Below the pieces are notes generated by a model. That model made no database searches. It was not told the DNA's origin and worked only from the letters and a program-made list of their open reading frames with translations. Positions 44,140 through 50,977 of a DNA stretch of 50,977 bases are shown in pieces. The stretch comes from Hydrurus foetidus. Lineage: Eukaryota. The translations under genes and the position numbers were made by a program. Position 1 is the stretch's first letter, and each line of letters opens with the position of its first letter. The stretch covers positions 1 to 50,977 of the forward strand of contig UYFQ01000077.1 in the NCBI GenBank assembly GCA_900617105.1, written 5' to 3'.

Positions 44140-44375
44140 GGCATCGTACCACACAACACACTCCAACACACCACACACAAAATTTTAACACACCATACCA
44201 TACAACAACTCACTACACTACATCGCACCACTCCACACCGGAACACACCACCCTACACAGCACCATCACTGGACCATACCAGCATTACAGAGCATCACAC
44301 TACACCACACTATACTACAACACACCATACCACATCACACTACACCACACCACACTTTAAGATACCATACAACAT
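44140..44375. repeat. Degenerate pentamer repeat (CACAC/CACTA/CCATA)
   Basis: 5-bp periodic low-complexity tract. Confidence 0.8.
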
Positions 44376-44779
44376 CATTTCGTAGAAAGAAACTACTATC
44401 ATGTACATTTTTACCTAAATGTTTCATCATGTTGTGCTTACTATTAAATTGTTCCTACCGCAAATAACAATGTGAATTAAAATCGAGGCACATAAACTCA
44501 CTCCGTACTACAATACACCGTATAACGGCTATTTAGACTTCCTATGTCCTGTCCCATATGTTCTATAAATTCTACTATCTAATATGTACACAATACATAC
44601 ACATAAAATGCATACTGTAACCATTAAGCAACTGTTCAATCCCTTCCATAATTTTAATTATCGAAATCAAAGATCACCTTTTAATCTCGAAATAAGATAT
44701 CAATGGATTAGACTTCATAACGGTGAAGATACGATTCACTTCTTACATTCAGCCACGATACATACTGTACCGTACGAAC

Positions 44780-45103
44780 ATGTCCAAATTATCTGATATA
44801 GCAGCAGATCGTCTGATGCTGCATCAAATTCATGAATACGCGCATAGTGTGGATTTAAGCAATGCAAGAGAGTTTGAATTTGATGAGAATTTGAAACCGA
44901 TACCGTGCAAATTCCATGGTATGCTATTCGTTACTGGTCTGACAGGAAGAACAACTTCCAGGTCCTTTTCACCCGTCGTGTTTTGGTGTTGTTTGCGACA
45001 AGTCAATGTTTCAGCGAACAAAATAGCTCCAATTGTGCTGATCAAAGGTTCAGCACTAGCTATGATGGAAGAAGATACATCCAAACAATTAATCACAAAC
45101 TAA
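44780..45103 (+). CDS. Possible small hypothetical protein (107 aa)
   Basis: ATG-initiated ORF with protein-like composition between AT-rich flanks. No motif recognised. Confidence 0.3.
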   Translation: MSKLSDIAADRLMLHQIHEYAHSVDLSNAREFEFDENLKPIPCKFHGMLFVTGLTGRTTSRSFSPVVFWCCLRQVNVSANKIAPIVLIKGSALAMMEEDTSKQLITN

Positions 45104-45313
45104 ATATCGGTCAGATAAACTGACAGTTTTAGATACCGTACAGCGAACGAACGAGACAGGGCATGCATTCTATTGTATATTAACGATCTACGGCACTCTT
45201 ATATGTAACGTACGCACGATTTAAACGGACAGACCTATTCATTCTATCTGATGACGTTATCACAAGTCCGTATAATTCCTCTGGTAGGAAAAACGGATAA
45301 TTTTAGTGGTTAA

Positions 45314-46364
45314 TTAATGACTTTCTATCTGTAGAGAAACCATCGTTTCTAGTAATCCGACTGCTAAAGGCTTGCTACAGATATTCTCTAAATATTCCTC
45401 AGAAGCTGTTGAGAGGTCTATTCCGACATCGGAAGCATTTTCCTGGCAGAATTGTATGGCCATTTGTTCTGCTGCTATTTCCATTTTTAAATCAGGGGGA
45501 TATTGGAATATATAATTCACTCCGTTGATAGTCATGCTGACCTGCAATTTGAATTAAATAAATCGCCATCAATAAACATTCTTAAGTTATCCTTTACGCA
45601 AATGTTCTAAGCCTCACCTCTCCTTTTTCTATATCTCCATTTGTGGAGCTGTTGTCTGTATCTTGAAATTCTATGCTGCTAAGCGACTTAGATACTATCA
45701 CAGGAACCGCTAATTCGTTGGTCTCCTCCATCACATCAGATGCACTAGTATCCTGGCTAGATTGTTCAATAGGAATGTATTCCGTCGTATCAAGAGGGAC
45801 ATTTTGTACTTCATGAACACGATTCGTTAATTCCTTCTTCTCATCTTCAATTTCTAGAATACTACCGCCTTGACTAGATCCCTCGATCGGAAGATTCCCA
45901 ACCGAAAATATTGGTTTGTGTTGATCTCTGGCGTGCAGATTACGTTGATCATTCGTTGCTCCAGATTGATCAACGATCATCTTGCTCTGGAGACGTTCAG
46001 CTAAAGGACTCACACAGTCAGCGAATGTTTGCATTGTGAACCCCAGCGAAGGCCCTGCGTAAGAGTCGGTAACTAGATTAATCTTCTGCATTGACTTTTG
46101 GCACTTCAGTGATATCTCTGATGCTCTTGTCATCGCAGATTAAAGCACCTTACCTACTGAGCTGCAGAACGTTATTGCCATTTTCATTAATTTTGCCTGG
46201 TTGGTTTCATGTGGAAAGAGATACTCCGAACCATTTATCAGTATGGCTACTGATTGCGGATGTGGATGTGCGACCTTGTTTGAAATATTTCCAATGTCTG
46301 ATGATCTTTTCAGAATGAGGCAAACAATACCGATCGCGGAGATGGCAATCAGAGGGAAAATCAT
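45314..46364 (-). CDS. Membrane-anchored or secreted hypothetical protein with two copies of a small two-cysteine domain; 3 exons (46364-46154, 46054-45618, 45541-45314)
   Basis: In-frame GT-AG joins. Hydrophobic N-terminus. Repeated V..ING..Y.F....MAI.FC....G.....C..PLA..L. Confidence 0.8.
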
Positions 46365-46873
46365 GACTCGTAATTTGTTGAAGGTTGTTAGCCAGTTTAT
46401 TCGTCTGAGCAGATCATCACTATAACTCTGCTACGTTGCAACACATCACGAGATTTTGTGAGTGTTGGTTTGACAAAAGCTGGGCTGTCTTTTCAGTACA
46501 GTAATAGTTGCCAAGGCCAAGGGCATGAATAATTAATAATTATTGTCACACAAAATCGTGCCGTTGGATTCTGAAAGGAGGTGTCACGACAAGATCGAAC
46601 CGGATACGATGGAATCGGTGCATATAAAATATAAGGCCATTCCTTACAGGTCACCGGAATACGAAATACGAAACAGTCATTTTCCGTACCCCGACCCGGG
46701 GTTAATTTTTTTTGTGTTGTGCCCTTACAGACCACTCAAGTACGAGATACAGATTATCTAAATATTTCGTGTCTCGTGTCCAGTATTTGTTAAGGTTTGA
46801 TATTCTGTATGTGATTGTCAACTACAGAATATTTATATTTAAAGCTGCAACGGAGTCATTATTTTTCACAATC

Positions 46874-47162
46874 ATGGTGATTTTATCGATCAAGAAGCTC
46901 ACGGCTGCCAATGCTAAGCTCATGTCCGAACGCAAGAAGCGTAGACTTGATTTGATGATGGTTGCGAAGGGGAAAAAAGCTGAAGCTAAGAAGCAAATGA
47001 AGATATTTAGGCCTCGTAGGGTCGAGGACCAACCGAACTACGCTGCATCTGACTGGGGAAGGATGCTTAAGAATGACAGGATTAAAGATCCTCTGGATCG
47101 TAAAGGGGGAAAACTTTGCCGGAGGCGTTTTCGTGTGCCCTACCCGATCTTTATTAAACTAG
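46874..47162 (+). pseudogene. N-terminus of a PIF/Harbinger-type transposase, interrupted by a Gypsy LTR
   Basis: W..ML....DP..R.GKL.RRRFRVPYPIF.KLV resembles the Harbinger N-terminal FRRRFR motif. The reading frame runs straight into the LTR at 47163. Confidence 0.7.
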
Positions 47163-47379
47163 TGTGGCCTCACTAGGATCTAGGCACTGGGAGCGGGACG
47201 GCTGGGAGCGGGAGCAAGGGAAAGGGTGCTGGAAGAGCTATTGCTATGGAAACAATGTGGTTAGCTTACAGATAAACACAGCAGGTATCATGGCAATGAA
47301 TCGGATGGATCGGATCGTCCTCAATCCGGTCCGAACGTACGCCTGTACCCGTACAGCCCGTACGGGTGTGCGGGTCACA
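47163..47379 (-). repeat. 3' LTR of Gypsy C (217 bp)
   Basis: TGTGGCC...GGTCACA imperfect terminal inverted repeat. PPT AGAGAGAGAGGGGCAC adjacent at 47380-47395. Confidence 0.85.
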
Positions 47380-47592
47380 GTGCCCCTCTCTCTCTAAAGG
47401 GGTGTACTAAATGACAAAATTCATCATCAAAATACTAACTATGAGTAACTAAGTAACTTATTGAATAACTATTTCAGACTAAGAACTGAAAGTTCCTTAC
47501 TGAATAAACCTCCTTAAAATCCCTGAGGATCCAATTTAGGAGGAATCTTTATGATTTAGTTAATCAATTTTTATTTTTTTTTATTTTACCGG

Positions 47593-50317
47593 TTAACGGT
47601 AGTTTGCGATGAATTCGCGTGGTATTAAGTGTTTGAGGTTCTTTTTGATTAAGAACTCATGTACTTTTTGCGCTTTACGCATGTGTGTCCACGGTTCCCA
47701 TGTATTGTGTTCATGGGTGTAGTTGAGCCATTTCACATGAAATGTGAGTGATTTGTATGCTCTTATGTTTCCTTTCATTTCTAGGATTTCCTCTATGAAG
47801 AATTCTAGATAATCTCTACGAGCAATGTCAGTTGGATCGACATGCGTAGGATCAAAGTGAAACGGTTTTAGTTGGGTCATGTGGTACAACTTTTCTTTGT
47901 GTGTTACCAGATCGAGTAATGTATACTCTGCGAAGTTATGGCTGACAACTCGCATTGGGCCGCGCCACAGTGTGTGCATGCGCGTTTCTGGTGATGTTCT
48001 TTGTTGGACAAGTACAAATGTGTCGACTCCGAACTGTGTGACGTTGGGAAGTTGTTGTGCATTGTGCAAGTCGTCGGATTCTTTGAGTAGACGTGCGGTG
48101 ATTTCGATGAGTTCATCTTGCAACGTTAACATTTTATCAGTTGACCGTGTGAGTGAGTCGAAATCTAAATCAATTTCATCTCTCGGAAGGAGGATGTTTG
48201 CGTCGAGGTCGATCGCGTTGCCATAGATGAGTTGTGCTGGAGACACTTTCATCCGGTCATTTACGGTTGAATTTAGTATTCTTTGTACAAACGGTAATAT
48301 TTCCGCGTAGTTTTCCGTAGTTGCCCGTTCGTATGCGTACGCGGTTATATGGCGATTGATTTCTTTGTTGATTCGCTCGACGATAGCGTTTTCTTCTGAA
48401 CAGTATGGTAATATTTTGTTGTGTGTTGTTCCAACAATTTTCACAAACTCATCTATGATGTGGCTTGCGAAGTGGGGTCCATTATCTGATCGAAGTATAC
48501 ATGGTGAGCCGTAGCGTCCCACGTGTTCTACAAGTGCTGTGCACGCTGATTTGGCTGTTGCATCAGGTGTTGCGTAGAGTTCGACAAACCTTGAGAAGGT
48601 GTCGATCATAACAAGGATATATCCTTTATCGGGAAATGGACCAATGAAGTCTATGTTAAGGCATTCCATTGGTTTGTATGTTGAGGTTGTGTACCGGTAT
48701 GCGTTGATGGGATATTTCATTGCCGACATCTTTTGGCAACACGGACAATTTTTAATGAATGTTTTTACTGCGTCACGCATTCCCAGCCATATGTTATTTG
48801 TTTTCTTTAAATTACGCAGTGTGCGTTGTACACCACCATGTCCGACTATCGTGTTGTGGCACGTTGCAATTAGGTTATATTGCTCTGTCGTTATTGGTTT
48901 GTGTGTCAGAATTGCTGCTATTATTCCTGTTTTAGGAGGCATTCTGTTTAAACATAGGCGAGACATTGCGTCAGCAATTTCATTTTGTTTTCCCGGGATG
49001 TACCCTATCGTATATTCTAGTTCCTGCAGGGCCATACGCCATCTGCCGACCATCTCGTTTTTATCCTTTTCTAGGAACGTAAGATTTTTGTGGTCTGTTA
49101 GGATTGTGAATTTACGGTCTCGCAGCAGTGCGTCGAGATAAGTACAGCAATAATATAGCGCGAAGGCTTCTTTTTGTATTACTGACCATTTCAGTTGAGT
49201 CTTGGTAAGAGACTTGCTTACGAGAGCGACGAGTTGTTTTTCTCCGTCGACTTCTTGATACAAATAGCCGCCGATCCCGTAATCTGACGCATCGGTCATG
49301 AGGGTAATGGGCGCTGTATCGTGTATGAAATATAATAAAGGACTCTTTGCAATTAGATCTTTTATCTTTTGAAAAGAATTTGCGGCGTCATCTGTCCAGA
49401 TTAGCATTGATTGCTTTTTCGCGGCGTGATCTATAATTTTGTGCAGTGGTGCTACCACGTTGGAGTGATTTGGTACATGATCCCGAAAATAATTGGTGAG
49501 TCCGAGGAACGATCTAAGTTCAGTCGTCTTTCGTGGCATAGGAAAGTCGGTCACACCTCTTATTTTTTGGAACTCATAGTTATACCTTCTTTAGATATTT
49601 GTCTACCGACATATTCAACTATTCGCACATTTAGCTTTAGCTTTGCGGCTTTTAGTGAAATGTTTTTGTTTTCTAGGCGTTGAAAAAGATTTCTAATCGC
49701 TCGCAGAATTGATCAAATCCATTACCATAAACGATGATGTCGTCGAGGTATACTTCACAGATTTGGTATATTAGTCCTAAAAGGACTATTGAGGCCATCA
49801 TTTCTTGGAAATATGAGGGGGCTCTTTTGGGTCCGAAAGGTAGTCGGGTAAAGTGGTAGATGCCCATAAATGTTATGAAAGCTGTATACACACGTGTACT
49901 TAGAGTTAACGGTGCTTGGTGATATCCTGCTGTGAGGTCTATTACACCGAATGTGTCTGCTTTTTGTGAACCTAATCTTGCTAACATTTGTTTAATATTA
50001 GGGATTGGCCAGCTTGCTGATTCCGTTGCGTCGTTGAGGTGACGATAGTCAATACAGAATCGGTATGAACCGTCTGGCTTTGCCGCGAGTGTTACTTGCG
50101 AATAGTATGATGCCTCTGATTTGACTATTATACCCTGTTCAAGCATAGTTTCAACTTGTTTTCGGATTTCGACTTGTTTTCGTGTAGACGTTGGTCGTGG
50201 TGCTACGCGGTTTTTGAAAACTTTCCACTCTGGATCCCGTACGGGTAGTCCAAAGGGGGAATTCGCGCGGGCTCTGGTCCGAGTTTGTTGTTGAATAGCT
50301 TTATGTGTTTGACACAA
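47593..50317 (-). pseudogene. pol: Gypsy C pol (RT, RNase H, integrase with HHCC, chromodomain), frameshifted in RT
   Basis: RFCIDYRHLN, RLPFG, YLDD, TDASDYGIG, CHN..GH..CPCC, DFIGP, RSDNG, ERINK, VKWLNY..NTWEP. Confidence 0.93.
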
Positions 50318-50977
50318 ATTGCTCTAATTTTTGCTTGTTGTTCAGGGGTACCATCGATTTGTATGAGATCGATGAGGTACATTTTGTCCTCTGTTGGATT
50401 GTCTTGGAAAGGAGCGAAGGTATCCTTCGACTTGTAGTCAATCTCTTCGGGTCCGAAGGGTTGAACCTCTGGGAGTTCTTCACGCTCCCGGAGTAGAGCA
50501 GCAACTAAACCACGTGTTTGGGCTGGTGCCTTGGATGAGGGAGTAGGAGTAGCTAATTCCGGCTCCTGTCGGTTGTTACACCTAAATCATTTTGTCGGGG
50601 AGGTGACAACAAAACTGCTGCCTCGACCGTAGAGTGCAAAATGAACTCATCAGAATCTAGCCTAGCCGCTGCCGCAGCTAAGCTAGTGGGACACCCACAT
50701 GAAGGAGTGCATGTCTTGCTTGTACAAGCACCTCGAGCCACCAGGTCGTCTTGCCATCGACTGTCTGTGTCTGAGGGTTTTATCCCCTCTCGGCTAGTTA
50801 TAACCGGAGGTAAGGTTGGACTTGTAATACTCGTAACTGTGTCCGACTCTGCTTCTAGCATGAGTGGAACGTCCACGTGGTTTAATACCATGTTTGATGG
50901 ATTGATTCAGTTTTTGTAATGATTGTGTTTTTTCATTTTGGATATTTTCCGGAGATTGGAAAAATTCCGGAATAATT

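Larger units (their letters stand above)
47163..50977 (-). mobile_element. Ty3/Gypsy chromodomain LTR retrotransposon (element C), 5' part outside the window
   Basis: 3' LTR at 47163-47379, PPT, and pol ORFs. Confidence 0.95.

Noticed and set aside
46510..46560. Left TIR of the Harbinger remnant
   Set aside because: No partner end in the window and no clear TAA/TTA junction.

Overview
Eukaryotic nuclear DNA with spliceosomal GT-AG introns. Bipartite plastid-type presequences and the TE content suggest a photosynthetic stramenopile (inference). Roughly 55% of the window is transposable elements: a nested Gypsy-in-Gypsy-in-Copia stack (1-8188), a second Copia remnant fused to a Crypton-like tyrosine-recombinase ORF (about 10.5-13.3 kb), a PIF/Harbinger-type MITE (13847-14821), a MULE with a SWIM transposase and a captured amino-acid permease fragment (14897-19982), a near-intact Ngaro/DIRS-order tyrosine-recombinase retrotransposon with A1-B1-A2-B2 split direct repeats (29284-36294), and a third chromodomain Gypsy inserted into a Harbinger transposase (46874-50977). 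Host genes: putative thylakoid-lumen coiled-coil protein, HA-repeat protein, AIM24-family protein, tRNA-Thr(CGT), organellar TsaD/Qri7, TM-PH-ArfGAP-ankyrin protein, a large patatin-like phospholipase, and a small membrane-anchored protein. The most striking observation is in the Ngaro-like element. One strong splice donor in gag (30177) is in phase with two downstream acceptors, one opening the RT/RNase H ORF and one opening the recombinase ORF, which has no usable N-terminal ATG. A TACTAAC-ACAG|GT site resembling a recursive splice point and a densely base-paired ~430-nt RNA lie between gag and pol. All family assignments come from motif recognition by eye, not database searches.
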